Shown here: piece after piece, positions 38,085-55,790 of the stretch
Layout of the letters: every line of letters begins with the position of its first letter
Numbering within the stretch: position 1 is the stretch's first letter
Assembly: GCA_973895155.1 (NCBI GenBank)
Contig: OZ316891.1
Location: forward strand, 12,026,771 to 12,090,770
DNA length: 64,000 nt
Source of the DNA: Marsupella aquatica
Lineage: Eukaryota; Plantae; Marchantiophyta
Direction of reading: 5' to 3'
The notes under the pieces: model-generated
What the model was told of the DNA's origin: nothing
Seen by the model: the letters and a program-made list of their open reading frames with translations, nothing else
Databases searched by the model: none
Position numbers and translations under genes: made by a program

Positions 38085-40443
38085 GGCTGATACTACACTC
38101 CTAGACCTGCTGCCCTTCCAAACCAGAGAAGAAGGTTGGAGACGAAGAGAAGAGGAATGAATATTCGAGCGAAGTGGGGCGTCTCAGAGATAGAACTCGT
38201 GTCCGTTTACACAAGCCGGAATGACCGGTGATTGCGGGGATCCGCCTGAAACACAGTCCTTCGCACCGTCCGATCACTGGAACGGCGAGAAGTCGAGTCG
38301 AGCGAGCGGCTCCTTTGCTGGAGTTACAGCTAGAAGCTTCTCTTTCGGTGCCGAGAGGTCAGAGGGCGATAGAAGGCGAAATCGAGCGAGTGTTTCAGTG
38401 TCCCGCCGTCGCAGCGCTTCTCACGAAGAAGGCGAAGAGGCGATCCTCTCTGGCTGCCCGCATCTCTAGGTGAGTCGGTCAGTCTACACTTCTCTCTGCG
38501 CTGCGCCATGGCCTCCAGCGCAAGAAAGCTTGAAGTGTAATATTCAGTAGAGCTGCAGAACAGTGTCGAAATTTTGGAATTTGATTCCTTTCTTGGATAT
38601 GGTTATAAAAGAGTGCCAAATCCCTCGTTCTTTCTCTCGTTCTGCGTGTGACAGTCTTTGCCCGGTTGGGTCGCTGAGGCTTCTTACTTCTAGCCAATAT
38701 AGCTTTGGTGTGCCGCCTTGCCTTTATACCAGAGGCAAATCAGTTACATTTCCTTGGATACGACGGTAATGCCGTAAGTTCGGAGATGATTGTTTGTCAA
38801 TGACAACCATCTGTATTGTCGAAAGCAAGCTTGAGACTGCAGAGATCGAAACATTTCCTCTGACAATGATCGCTGCAGCTTCGTAGTCACTGAATTGATT
38901 ATGGCAGACCTTCTCTACCTGCAGTGCGAGGACCCAGACAAGTTTATCTATTTGCTCTATGTGCAGCACGAGACCCAGAAAAGCCTATCTATATGTATAT
39001 CAGCTTAACGGGGACGACTAAGGTCCGTAGGAGGGTTCATCTGTGGCTAGTGGTATGTACTTGCTTGGGCGAGATGAAATTTGTTTTAAATTTAGACACT
39101 GCACGGAGAAGTGCTGGGCTACAGGAAAGAAAATTTGGTGGTTGTCATGGCCCCTTTAATTCTCTTGCCAAGTTAGTCTTACGATCTCTATTGTCTGGAT
39201 CACGGGCAGGACTGTGCTTGGATATGAGACACAAGGTTTTGCAATATCACAAAATGAGATATTGTTGTTCAATAAATTATCATGAAAACTCTGCCCTGGC
39301 TGCTTCACGTTCAATTTTCGAGTGTAGTCCAACTCACAGGAGTGTCAAATTTTATAAAGATTTCATTTCATGTTCTTCTCAAGCCTCACTGAAAGGGGTT
39401 TGTGGGGATCTGCAACTGGGAGGATACTGTCTTTACGTTATTTGTAGGAAATGCATGGAAGATTTTGGTGTTGGCAGCTGGCTCTGTGAGGTCAAGAAAG
39501 AGCACCAAATTGAATGCTCTTGCATCAACTAGGCCCAATAGTCTCTGTTGATACTCGGATTTTGGAATTGGTGCTGCGTTTTGATAAATTGAGCACTCGA
39601 ATTGCTGGGGACCTGAAGAAAACTTGTGCAGAGCTCACTCGCGAGCGTCAACAGGGTACCGGATTACTTTCCAACTCTCTCACTCAGTCCAAGTCCCTGG
39701 TGTGAGCAGACCTCGGAAGGAATCGGCGAAGGCTAGTTCGTGGATTGTACTTATTTTCGGGCATCTTCACGTTAGATCTCAAGACAGTATCTAATTATGT
39801 AATTCATCGCAGACACCAATCTGTTTCAGTACCTGGTTACTAGTGGATCATTCAGTTCGAGTAATATTTTTCATTTCACACTGGCACACAACAATCAGAA
39901 AGGATCTTGAGGAGGATGAGCCAGTGACATGACGATCTTCTTGAGCGAATTGCTGCCTATAAAATGTTCATTCTTAAGTCAGCTTCTAGTCTCGGACCGG
40001 TTGTGAGAATAGCAGCAGCTATTCCATAGAAATGAAAAGAAGTCTAATTCATGAAGTTTTAAGTCTGAACTGGTTGAATTGGAGGTTTTGAATGCAATGG
40101 ATCTGCAGAGCGTGACAAAATTTTCTGCCTTCACAATGCTTGTTAGACAGAAGTAGAAAGGGATTTGAATGGAGCAATCGTTATAGCATTAACACTATCT
40201 GGAAGAGGGCACCAGCTTGGCTCCTTGATGAGAGTCACTGCACATGCTGAAGGGCTTCAAAACTCTATAATTCCAGTATAGTCATCTGACCGAGCAAATG
40301 CTTGAGAAACTAATCACAACATCCACGTATTTGAACCTCAGGATATCTATGACAAAAGCAAGGCTGGCTTAATAAATGAGCGTGATCTCTAGCCAACTTG
40401 GTGGATCATCTTTCCATGGTCAACTTTCGACTGTAGTACTTGG

Positions 40444-40760
40444 TGAAATCCCTTTTTATAAGGGAAACTAGCTTTGAGCAAGCCATGCAAATGGCTTTGG
40501 CCTTTGCTTAGATCTTCTTCTTTTATAAAGGGAAACTACCTTTGAGCATGCCATGCAACCGGCTTACATTTTGGTTAGACCCCCTTTTTTTTCATGAAGG
40601 GAAAGTACCCTCTTGTAGCCATGCAACTGGATTGCCTTTTGGTTAGATCATCTTTGCCCTGTGAGCTTTCTCCTCGAGTACTTGGAAATCCCCTTTTTTT
40701 AACTAAGGAAAACTTTCTTTTCGCAAGCGGTGCAACTGGCTTGCAAGTGGGAAAAACTCG
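40444..40760. repeat. Degenerate ~70-bp tandem repeat x4
   Basis: CCC-T-run-..AAGGGAAA.TA.C....GCCATGCAAC.GG....TTGGTTAGA recurring. Confidence 0.7.
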
Positions 40761-43700
40761 TTGTTCATACTTCTTTTCATTTTTTTAAACAAATATTATG
40801 CTACCAGAAGCAAGTGCAAAACTCCTTCTTTACAGTTTGTTTGTTTGTTTGTTTGTTTTTATACAGTCCTTGTCTCACCAGAGGCACTTGTGGTGCATAA
40901 CAAGTTAAACTTGCTTGGTTGGTCTGGCCTTTTGGCTCTTTTGGTGGCCTTCCCAGGTCTCCTAGTTGCTCCTTTGCAGTTTGAAATAATATATTTGGAG
41001 AAGAACTGATGTTACATCCAGAACAGATCTGGGAACATAATTGTTTGTTGCAAGATTAGACTCAAGCTTAGTTGTCTGGTCTGGGATTAAATTCTAAACC
41101 TACTGATCACAAGTCAATCCTAGTACTAGCCAAATAAACACCAAACGACCCACTTGACGATTTATAATTCTTACATACATGGGCAACTCTTCAGGATAAA
41201 ATAGACTTCTCCACAGCTTTTGATTGAATTGAGTTATGGGAGCTTTGTTATCCGAGATTTCAAATATTTGCTCGAATAACTTGTTTTGGTGTTTTAAAAA
41301 CGCAAAACAGGTCACTTTGAGGTGGATCTGTACTGTTGGGGTGAATTTGGGGACGTTTGAAATGACAATTGAACCGGAAACGGACCAGTGTATGGATATG
41401 GCTCTCACTCTCTACAGGCTAGTGAATTTCACATCGGCCAATCCCCCTTCCACACCATGCCAAACAGACTTGATTAGCAACTGGTCGTTTTGCTTCTCCA
41501 AACAACCAGACGGCGGACAAAACCAAGCTTTGCATTTTTTACAAATCTGCGTACAAGACAGACTAATATCAACGTGTTACATCATGTGCAACGTACTGCA
41601 TCAAAAGCTAGGCCATCATCATACCCGTGTGTACACTGGACGGAAACCCCATGAAAGCTGTCACTTGTCGAGTCTTCCTGAGGCTCTTGAATCTCCATGA
41701 TCGGCAACCAGGCAGTCTCATCGAGCTTTACAATCCACGTCAGTGATAATGACGCGCGGCATGAAGACCAAAAGAGTCTAGAATAATGCAATTTCGATGT
41801 CGAAAAATCAACCTTACTGCCTTGTCAAAAACTTCTGTGACTCTCAGTGGTAGTTTCTGAACTCCAAGATGATATGCGAGGTTCGGAAGAGAGAGAAACT
41901 GAAATTCAGTCCTAACCAACTTCACTGGAAAGGTTGGATTTCTCGACCACTCTCGGAGCCACATACAAGCACGTGTAGTGAATAAGCCCCTCTCACACTG
42001 TCAAGTCTAATAATCTTGTTTTGTGGGCGATCATAAATGTTTTTAGATTTTTCATAGAAAGACCTCCCGGTACTTAGTGAATACATAATTATCTTCACCG
42101 CTGATATACTAATATCTCTCCATTAGTTATCTTGTGATCAGTTATCTTGTGATCACACAGGCTATTTTCTTTCTAGTGAATAGTGATTCTCAATAGATTA
42201 GACAGTTCTATTGGGATGACACAGGCGACGTTAGTTCTATTGTGATCACACAGCTCAAACCTGCACATTCCCAAGAATTTTTGGACAGCCATGCCGAAAA
42301 ATATGTATCCGCCGTGATGACCAAAACTAGGATTTCGGTCAGATTTGTCTTTCCTGGGTTTTGCTTTGAGACAGGTCACACCACGCCCCTGCAGAACAAA
42401 GCACATTGTCAACATTTCAAAGGGCATCGACCATTCTTAAAAGGCGCCGATGCATTCGGTGTGGAGCAATTGTTTGTGCGGCTGCCAGTGTGCCGGCCGC
42501 CAAGTCATAGTTCTCATAAATGTTTAGTGATTCTCAGTATAGCCAGCCCATCTGGTAATATCATTACTTATTTTGTTTTGTAACACAATAAGACATTTAT
42601 ATTATCATAATGAATTGAATTAAAATTGAATCTTAAAAGAGACAATGAAAATTCTTCAAATGAATATATATACTATCTGAAAATTGACAAAGCTTAGAAC
42701 CTGAAGCCAGGATAGACCAAAAGGTTGTCCCTGCCCATCCCAATAGAGTGCGTAAGGTGATCATTGAGTTTACACCAAAAAGGAAAAGGAACTAGTCAGG
42801 TGTATCAAACTTTGATAACCCTATGGGGAAAGTAGCAAGTCATGTTTGTTGAAACTGTCTTGTCACAAGCCAGGACATCAAATCATGTTTGTTGAAAATG
42901 TGTTGTCCTCAGTGTATTGTCATCTGAATGGCTCAGTAATGTTGCCAGGAGAAGAATGGAATAATTTCTTTATCTTCAGTTCAAGCTACAATAACAGACC
43001 CCGTCTCAAACCAACCAATCAAACCCAAGCAAAATGGATCACTGAGATGGAAGGTGTGATTAAAAACATCTGTGCCACTCCATTCTCCCATATCATGAAT
43101 TGGAGCCTGCCGCCTAAAAACATCTTTTGAGTCATCACAACCTTCATAAGTACATAGTGCATTTTCAAAACTAGAGTGACATCATGAAGTCTAACTCAAT
43201 ACTAGGGTTATCAAAGTGTGAACTGTTTGCCACTGACAGAGACCTTATCTTTCTATGTTTTGTGATATGATAACAACAGGATGAGTCAACACCTCAATCT
43301 AGCTCAAAATTTATTTTCATATCATGAAAGGAAACAAAAAAAAACTGCATGAGACACGCTGAATGAAACCTCTAGTCTCATTGGAGGACTTCTAGATAGT
43401 ATGGTCAATTTTACATAATTATAGAATTTCAATTCAAGAATTGTGTCAATTTTTGACATACCCAAAACCACTTGGTTGTTTCTAAGGTCGGTGACCTTAT
43501 TCTACTTGGATCATGTAAGTTTGCTAGTTTTATGATAGCCCATACTTTGTATTCGTAACTAGAAAAGTCTACTTTTTGCTTGAATTTGGCAGATGTGTCA
43601 GTTTATTTGAAGGACTTCTGGATAAGTGAGATTTTTCCAGCATGGTCTTTGATGTCCCAATCTAGTCTTGACAAAGTTTCAAACTTTTGGGGGGATTGTT

Positions 43701-44814
43701 TGCTCCAGTTTATATGTCAAACACAGCAATGGTAAAATTTTATAAATCATGATTTCACTTTAACACTTGGGAATTTTCATGGCAATCAGATGAAACTGGT
43801 GTACCTGAGTAGTCAAATTGTCAAGCTACCAAGGAGACCTGTTTGGTAATGTAATGAACATCTGCTATAAACGATAAGGAGACCGTTAACAGGTTACGTT
43901 TGAGTCAAGTGTAAACTGTATATATTATCTGAGTCAATTTCAAGGTTTTGAGCAAGTCCATTAAAGCATAGACAAAATTGAGGTTCATCCGGGCTTCACA
44001 CTCCAAAGCTTATGGTTATTCATGCAAGTTAGAGTGATTGAGAATAATATGTAGCTATAAAATGCTAGTAATCACAAAGGAATTTTAGGAAATTCCTTCA
44101 CTTATCATAATGTAGTTATACAGGCAACTAAAAATGGATCTTCTTTTGGTCATAGGAAAAAACAATCCAAGGAACTGTCTGGAGTGAAAATTAATTATCT
44201 CAGCCACACTAGAGCGGTCCATAAACTAATTCTAATGTAGTACCGTGATTCTCCATAGATTAGTTCTCTTCTGATCACACAGACGAGGTTCTTTCTACTA
44301 GTAACTGTATCTTGATTCTAAATACGTCGTTGATCGAATTCTACCAGACAATATTAATATCTCGGTCCACACTGAGGGCCAATAGCATGTGAAACTCCAT
44401 TCCCTGCTCACTTGCTCAGTCTGCTACTCTGCTGCAATCCATGACGTACCTGCCGGCTGTACCGTCCTAGCATGGCGGTAATCCTCAATCGATCTTCAAA
44501 GTACATGGAAACTAACATACTCTGCCACCTGGAGTCCTGGAGGACTTCGTGTGTTACGTGCGAGCTATGAAGAAATCGTACAAGGAATGATGTTGCCGGT
44601 GTGAATCCAACCCGCCGAGCCGAGTGAGATATTGAGGCCACTTTTCACTAGCTAGGTAGGCCTTGCCCCTCTTGACAATAAGTTTACAGTTTGTGCAGTA
44701 CTGTGCACAGGTACAAACTGTAATGGAGAGTCACACGCAGCCAACGAGCGCCAAGTGATCAAACCTCAACTGGTAATAGGTGCACGGACAATCTCAGCGA
44801 CTGGGACGAGGCGA

Positions 44815-44976
44815 GCATTGAATCATACGTACCACTTGGATTAATACGCCACAAGCTTGACGTGATGCTTCCGTCCAGTCAGTGTCGTTCCTGCCGACTG
44901 ATTGCGACAAGCAGCATTGAATCACTTCTGCAACTAGGATCAAGTAGTCCACAAGCTTGATGTGATGCTTCCGTCC
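44815..44976. repeat. ~100-bp period direct duplication
   Basis: AGCATTGAATCA...CCACAAGCTTGA(C/T)GTGATGCTTCCGTCCA x2. Confidence 0.8.
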
Positions 44977-47224
44977 AACTTCTCTAAGTAGTCATTACAG
45001 ATGTCTATCTCTGCTGCTATAATGATGCAGTCTAGTAAGTAAGCTGTAGCAGTGTAGCGTGCACCCGTCCAGCTAGCTAGTGTATTGGACAATCACATTG
45101 GCAACCACGCGTACGGCCGCATACCTTTCCAATGTTTACTTTTCTAGCGATTTATCTTCTCTTATCTTCTTAGTCAACAATTGCCTGGGGATTTTTCTGG
45201 ATTCCACATCTATGGATTGTCGAAACCAAAAAAGGAGTGGCATGAATGACTTCAATTGCACAAGAATGCTTCCAAGATTGAACTCTAGTACTCACCCGAC
45301 TGCTGGAAGAAACCACGAAGCAGGTATCATCAGAGTTGATCCGCACTCATTAAAACAACAAGTACCATGCTTGTAAATTCTTTGTTCATTTTGAAAACTA
45401 CAATACAACGAAACTCTGCTTTCCCATGCAGTGAAGAGTCACCGCTTCAGTGTTTCGTTACCGAAATGTCCACTTTGGCTGCACGGGGTCAACCCGCCTG
45501 CAAGGATGGACACCCACCTGAAGGTCATAAGTGGAGACGGACCAGCTAGTGTAAGTGTGTGATACTATGATCGATCCGCCCAGTTACAGCAGTACAATAC
45601 TCGAGGAGGGAACTGAAATAACGGGTCCAGACTCGAGAGTCTATTGTCTCGGAGATCGCTATCTGTAATTATTATCTTTGATTATGAGCAGACATTCGAT
45701 AGCATTCGCCTCTGGTCGTCCGGCCGGTTCTATCGGCCCCCAACAATGAAACGGAGTTATCATCATCATCATTACTTTGATCTAGTTCAAGCTCGATCGA
45801 CATGTATACAAGTGGCGTCTAGCCTAGCCGCAGCGGAGAGCTAAAAAACGACCCGATCCCTGAGAGCTTGCATGGGATGGAAGCCGCGTTCAGTACTGTG
45901 CGGTACTACCGGTACTTTACACACAGAAACACGCTTTTCCAAAGGTCTCCCATACAGCACGTTCTCCTCAACTCGCTCCGACTCTGCTCTCTCGAATGAC
46001 TCTGGATGATGAAGAATAGACAACAACGACGACGATCAACTGTAAAAGTCTCTGCTTGATTTGATGATTTGCCTAAGACTTCGGCTGCAGCTTAGATGCT
46101 GGCCGTGTCGGTCTTCCGAGGGAAATTATTGCCATAGACTTCTCCTTTCACCGCTGCTGTACAATATCTGAAGATTTGGCCTGCTCTGGCGTGAGTTGGA
46201 GAGAGAATGATGAGGCAGACATCAAATTATTTTCTTTTTCATTACTTTAGTCGTCTTTCTTCGCCCGCAATTATTTCTTCGTGTTCTTTGCAATTTTTGA
46301 CAGCCAGGTAAAATGCAACTACTACTTCACCAAAGAAGGGCACTACTTCACCACAGGCTCCTCGGCCCCATTCTCTCTGTCTGAGCTGTCTGTCTGTGTT
46401 TCTGTTGGTGCACACAAAGTTCTCCTTTCAGTCAATCCAATCCGCACCCGGAACAGGGATTTGCAGCAGACTGAATTTTCCCCAAACTCCATTATTATCT
46501 CCGTCAGGTGCCCTGCCGAAAAATTTCTCCATGCACGTCAATTTTGGCCGAGTCAAGAATCGATCTCACGGCGGGGAGGACAGTCTCCTGCCCTGACCTC
46601 GTGATACGGGATCTCCTGGGCATGCCGAGCGCAGAGCACGGCATGTTAGCGAACAGACTTAACCACAATACCCGTACAGTACTGTAACTTCAGAGCGGAT
46701 TATGAGAATATCCGAACTCAGAGGGTGCGTTATGAGGAAAACCTTTAGATCTAACTCGCTTGTACTCCTGGCCGTTCGATGGGCACGATACATCAGTCAG
46801 AACCGTGACTCGAACTGCGCTAATGCAGTTACGGGGTCAGGGTTATCGGAGTTCTCTGAAGCCTGCAACTATGGTCAGGGTTTACGGGCCCCACCTGCCG
46901 TAACTGGTAATCGGAGCCGTAGATTTCCAGAAGAATAATGCAGGATTACTCCTCCTGGAGAGGGGTACGTGTTGTGACGGCAGGTACAGTACAGCCCATG
47001 TTGAAGGGACTGAAAATGACGTGGCAACCGGGTACCGTATTGTCGTGAAACTCGCGCACGGGCGAAGAACGGGTCACGAAGACGGACATCGATCTTCCAT
47101 GCAGTGTCTTACCGTCATGGAAAATTTTAATGTCACGAAAAACAACTACTGTAGTCTCCCGGTTACTCGAAGACGTTCTCCACCTGGAACATTAATGATT
47201 CCTTTCCCAGGTACTTAGAAATTA

Positions 47225-50200
<2,976 letters not shown>

Positions 50201-52155
50201 TGAATCCTGGTGACAATAATGAAATCCTTACAGGCAGCAGAGAACATCATTCACGAGGATGGGTTACAACAAAGGAGGCACAGAAGAAGAAAGGAAACTA
50301 AGCATCAGGCTTGTGAGACTATATATATGGGGGGTCTCACTAAGTATGTGGAGGCCCCCATCACCTGCAATATCTCGCAGTCTAGAACACCCTGACATGT
50401 AAGAAAGAGATCTACCATTTTCACGCTTGCATGGTTACCTTTTTCAAATATTTCTGAAATTTGTTTTACAGAATCATATCTGTTGTTTAAATGCTCGAAA
50501 ATGCTCAAATTTTGTTTAAAACACATAAATATTCTTCCACAAAAAGTATTAAGTTTTTTCCTAACCAATAATTAAGATAATTATGGGAACATGGTCCACG
50601 GAGGCTTCGAATTCAGTCCTCAGATTATTAACGAATCTCAAACCTTGAAGCTTGCGGAGAAAAACTTAGACCCAAAAGTATCAGTTTGGTCTTTGGTCAA
50701 GAGTGTGCGGAAATGTTGTTTTGTGACCGCCATTTGTTGTTAATGAATTTGCCTTTGACTGCCACCGGACGTAGAAAGAAGAGATTTGAGACATACTACT
50801 ATTGTAATAGTCACGCGACGGGATGTACTAGAAAGACGAGGTTTGAGACGTACTATTATAATAGTCACACTCGCGCCTGAATTAAATAGTTTTCACTCGG
50901 CCTGTGTACTGAATTTTTCATAATTTGTCACTAGGCAGGTTTCGGACTTTCGGCAAAGCAAAATACTCCGTATATAAAAGTAGTGGTCACCGTCTACTGC
51001 AGGTTGGCCGGTGCGAGAAACCGCCCTCTAGGCTCTCGCGCGAATGAACGGTTTTCCCTCCCACCGGCCTGTCCGCCTCAGTACAGGGCACTGTCCTCGA
51101 TGTCCTCTCGCCGTTGATCTGGGCTACGTGTCTACGACAGTGCGAGCCTGGGGACTACCAGTGTACCACGCTTCCCCAGGCTGCGGCAGCGAAAATCGTT
51201 CATAGATGTCTGAACTCTCAAGGATTTTTCGGAAGCGTTGAAGACCAATCCTGTGAACGACCACTGTCGCCATTATTTTCGTGTCTGAACTCTGAAGGGC
51301 ACAGTCACCATAAGTGGACGTGCGGTGCTTCCTCCCGGGCAGTTCTTCTAAGGGACGAGAAAAAAATTCGCAGGGGAGTTAAAGACATTTGGGAGAGAAA
51401 ACTTCAGTCAGAAAAGGAGATTCAACGAAGAGGAATTTTTGCGTCCTCGAGATCTTCTCAGATTGGTTGCATGACGGATTCTAAGCTTAACTTGCTGCCG
51501 CTGCCGGTGCTGCCGGTGTTCCATGGAGGCGGAGAAAAATTTAGGCACACTGTCTGAGATACTCGCTGCATGCTACAGTATATAATAAAAACGCAGACAT
51601 TCTTGCTCCAGCAGTCATCAAGTCGAGAGTATCCATACTCCGTAAGTTTCAGTGAGCTTCCTGCTCTGCAGACTACAGGAGTTGGCTGGGACATCTACAT
51701 CCCTTGTTGCTCGTGTTCAGGTGGGTTCTACCAATCTCCAGAGCAGCACTCCTTTGAATTGTACTTAATTATTTTCTCACATTACGTTCGGTGATAGTAT
51801 TGGGACAAACACTGACTGGTAGTGTAGTGAAGGGTCGGACGAAACTCTGTTGACATGATAGCCTGGTCTGGGCTGCGTAGTTGTCTTTCATGCATGAGAA
51901 GCTTTTCGCAGTTGCATGGTCTCATGGCATCTGAGTATTCCATACACAGCCTAGCCCGGGCCAGCATTGTCTTTTGTCTCACAAATAATTCCCATTACAC
52001 AGGAATATCCAAGCTACAGAGAAACAAGTGCAATTTACTTACATTTTTGGAGCTCAAGTAAACAGTAGAAGATGTGACAAGCAATTTTTTCTGCTTGTCG
52101 TGTTGCGGTCCTCCAGATGGTCTCTGACCGGTGACTTTGTTCAGTTATTCTGCGA

Positions 52156-54013
52156 ATGATGGCAGTCCTCCAAGGGCCGGCGGCAACGCAGTCTCTGCTG
52201 GGCGTTTTGGTGCTCTTTTGGTCCAGTAGGGCAGTTCTGGTAAATGCTGTCGCTGCTTGGGCGGTGACAGATTGGGCGGATGCTCATGCGACTTTCTATG
52301 GTGGACAAGATGCTTCTGGGACAATGGGTATGCAGTGAACTTTCACTATTCCCCTCCCAACCCACTTTCTGTACGCGTTGCTGGAGCAAATGCTCTGAAT
52401 CTCGTCGTCGATGCCGTTTCTGATCTCTTTACCAAACTTTTTTGGAGCAATTAAAATGTAGCTGGGAGTTAGCTGACTCTACTGATGATCCTGTTCCCCG
52501 TGCTGTAATTTATACGTTGCAGGTGGTGCATGTGGATATGGGAACCTCTACAACGTAGGCTACGGAGTCAACACAGCTGCATTGAGTAATGCTCTGTTTC
52601 ACAACGGGTTGAGCTGTGGAGCCTGCTTCCAGCTTGAATGCAACCTTGACCAGACTCGATGGTGCTACCCTGGAGGGAAAACCATTACGATCACGGCAAC
52701 TAACCAATGTCCTCAGGGTTCAGAGGGGGGGTGGTGCGACTGGCCCAAATATCACTTTGATTTGGCATTCCCCATGTTCGCGACACTTGCCCAACCAGTT
52801 GGTGGCGTAATTCCGGTCAGATACAAAAGGTGAGCTCATCCCAGGCCCACCGCAATGAACTGAATTGACTTCCAGCACTTTGTATCGCCGGTCTCTCGTT
52901 TCCCTTCCATGTTGAAACAGACAGAAATCCGATTGAGCGATTGTATCTGACTCATGCTCTGCTGCTATCCTTCAACTTCTTGGCTCCGCTTTGAAAATAA
53001 AATTTCCTCTATGTCACGGCCGTTCTGGTTTCGTTCGTTGGTTGGGAACTTAAAATGTATGGATGGAAATCTTTGTCGTTCTTTCGCCGAACATGGTATT
53101 CCTCTCCATCCGCCATTTATCCTCGTGGACCTTCGACTGCTTTTAGTGGATTTCCAGAAAGTGAAGAATCTATTTACGCATCTGGGAATTGGGTGGGGCC
53201 GTTTATTGTAAACGAGAATAACGTAGCAATGGCAAATATTTCTTGCCGTGAAATGACAGGATAGAGCCCGCCTGAGCCCGTGCTAAAATGAATACATCAC
53301 CTTTGGTAGCAGAGTACTTTGGTCCCAATTCAGTTCTCTCCGATTTGCTGATTCACACGGGATTCCACGTGCCCCATGTTACTCGGGTTAGAGCATAAGT
53401 AGGGAAGATCATCTTAAGGGCTACAGCTTGAAATTTACCTCCAGAGGAAGCAGAGAACTATAAGAACTATGTAAACCTTGACACAGAAAGCTGACCGACA
53501 AAACTAAATCTGTGATATCCAATTGCGTCAGTCATAAGTCCGACTATATTCATGGACCTACTCCGAAGCGCCACCTCTAAAGTATTAGGACCAAGAAAGT
53601 GGGGTACCTGATTAAATTCTTGGCTCAGATGTTTTTGAGCTGGGGTGGATTGTCATTAGGCTTCTTATTCTGACTGGGCAATCGGTTAATTTTCATGTCG
53701 CAGAGTTTCATGCTCGAGACAGGGAGGAGTGCGCTTCAGGATTCTAGGCAATCCATGGTTCAATTACGTCATGGTGTTCAATGTAGCAGGGGGTGGAGAC
53801 ATTTCGGCCCTCGCCATCAGAGGAGATAACACTGACTGGATTTCAATGTCCCAAAACTGGGGTCAGTTCTGGTCTGCCGGTGCCTACGTTGCTGGTCAGA
53901 GCCTGTCATTCAGAGCATCATTGGGCAGTGGACAAACTCTGGAATTTTGGAATGTCGCTGAAAAGAACTGGTGGTTCGGGCAAACTTTCGAGTCGGATTA
54001 CAACTTCAGTTGA
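52156..54013 (+). CDS. EXPA: Alpha-expansin (EXPA); exons 52156-52327, 52523-52829, 53704-54013
   Basis: [90 protein letters not shown]; canonical two-intron layout. Confidence 0.97.
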
Positions 54014-55610
54014 TATTGATTGACGCCTCCTCGCCAGCCAAAAGGCCGTTGACCGGACCATTACTGATAGCTAGCGATTGAATATTATACTTTCAACAAA
54101 TTTTTGTATGTTGGGTCTGTCAATTAAGCTGGCGGACGGTGATAAAATCACTTGTAGTAGTTACGAATTGCTTACTTCCCAGTTGCCAACCTTGTACATA
54201 TCAACACTTCCGTATAGCTGCATTTATATATTGAGCTTCCTGGGTCACTGACTTTCACATACGGTACAAGGGGATTCGTTAGTGGCAATCCCGGGGAAAC
54301 AGGTCACAGCCTCCCTCCATTTCTTTGTAGATGTAAGTCTCCATGCTTTTGTGGAAGTGGTGATCATAAATGTCTGGAACTGCACCCGCCACAACTGGCC
54401 TGGTTTCAGCCCTCACTTTGAAAGTACTGACAACACAGAAAATGGCATTTTCAGCCTAAATCAAGTTCTACAACAGGATTTAAAGCTCCCTCTTTACCAC
54501 ATGTTCAATGACATATATATAATAAAGAGATTGAGAGCATCAATGTATGGTTTTGCATGGTGTTAGCCGTGGCCTATCCTTAGTGTTTATCTCCAAACCT
54601 TTGATCGTGCCATAATATGACCTAGGACTTGTCGCTGCATGCTCGAAAGTAATCGGCGGAATAATACGCTGTCCTATATGGTCTAAGATGCTGAATTGCC
54701 ACTATTCCGAGCGTTCTACACAATTTCATACAAATTGACTAACCACGTACGCTCCATTGTTGACTAATAGAATCGAACGTAACACTAAATTTCTTTCGTC
54801 CGAAATGTCTTGATTGCATCTTCGCTCGGTGGACTAGCTTACATAGAAAACTTCACAAGTGTTTGGGGTAGGATCGGGTGCACTTGGAGCACAGGGAGAG
54901 ATGTCTGGTAGATTTGGACCCACAAAAATAGTACATACATTTAAAGCTTGAAATCTATTTATCGACTTGCAGACCAGTGAGATGTACCTGGTATGGTCAT
55001 CGGATTTCTGAACCACAAGTTCGGTGTACCATTTGCATGGTTATCAGAGTTTTGAGCTTGAAGTGCAGCGAGATTCGTTTGGCCTAGTACAGTAGCTGGC
55101 AATTGTAGCAATTTTGTAGGTTTCTTACTTCTTCAGGAACATGGTATGATTATCGGATGAAAATTTTGGGGTGAAAGATTATGGGCACCACTCGTAGGCG
55201 CATCTGGATAACTAGTACGAAGTAAGCAAAATTGGAGAGTGAGACTATACACAGCACCCGCAGGGCAGGGGAACTACATGGCGCAAATTTGTAACAAGAA
55301 ATTCTGTACACCTTGCATCGTAGTGATATGATGCATATAGCATGCTCATTTGGATGCAAATTTGGAACATTCAGACGCTCATAGTCCAGAGGTTGAAGAG
55401 AAAGTTGATCCTTGGGCCTAATATCCTGAAGCTTTACTTTTGTGTCAATTAATACAAGGGGGCCTTGAGAGGTCCAACAAGTAATGGTTCTTGGAATTTT
55501 GGCACACCTAAGTAGATTAGGAATAGAATTGGTAACAGCATATGAGTGGCACTAATTAGTTCGTATTATGGGTTTTTAATCTCCTTTGTAACTTATGGTT
55601 ACTTTAGGAT

Positions 55611-55765
55611 ACATATCTCAGCTGTTGGTTTAGGGTCACTAAGCTAGTCCTTTGATTCTCTCTCTTCCAGGCTCCTCTGATTACTACACACATCTCACAT
55701 CTCAGCTGTTGGTTTTAGGTCACTATGCTAGCCTGTTGATTCTCTCGTCCAGGGCCCCTCTGATA
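55611..55765. repeat. ~82-bp tandem duplication
   Basis: ATCTCAGCTGTTGGTTT..GGTCACTA.GCTAG....TTGATTCTCTC.TCCAGG..CCTCTGAT x2. Confidence 0.85.
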
Positions 55766-55790
55766 TATATATTGGTATCAGCCTATTCAT

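Noticed and set aside
38924-39532. 202-aa ORF
   Set aside because: GTG start, no recognisable motif, composition looks non-coding
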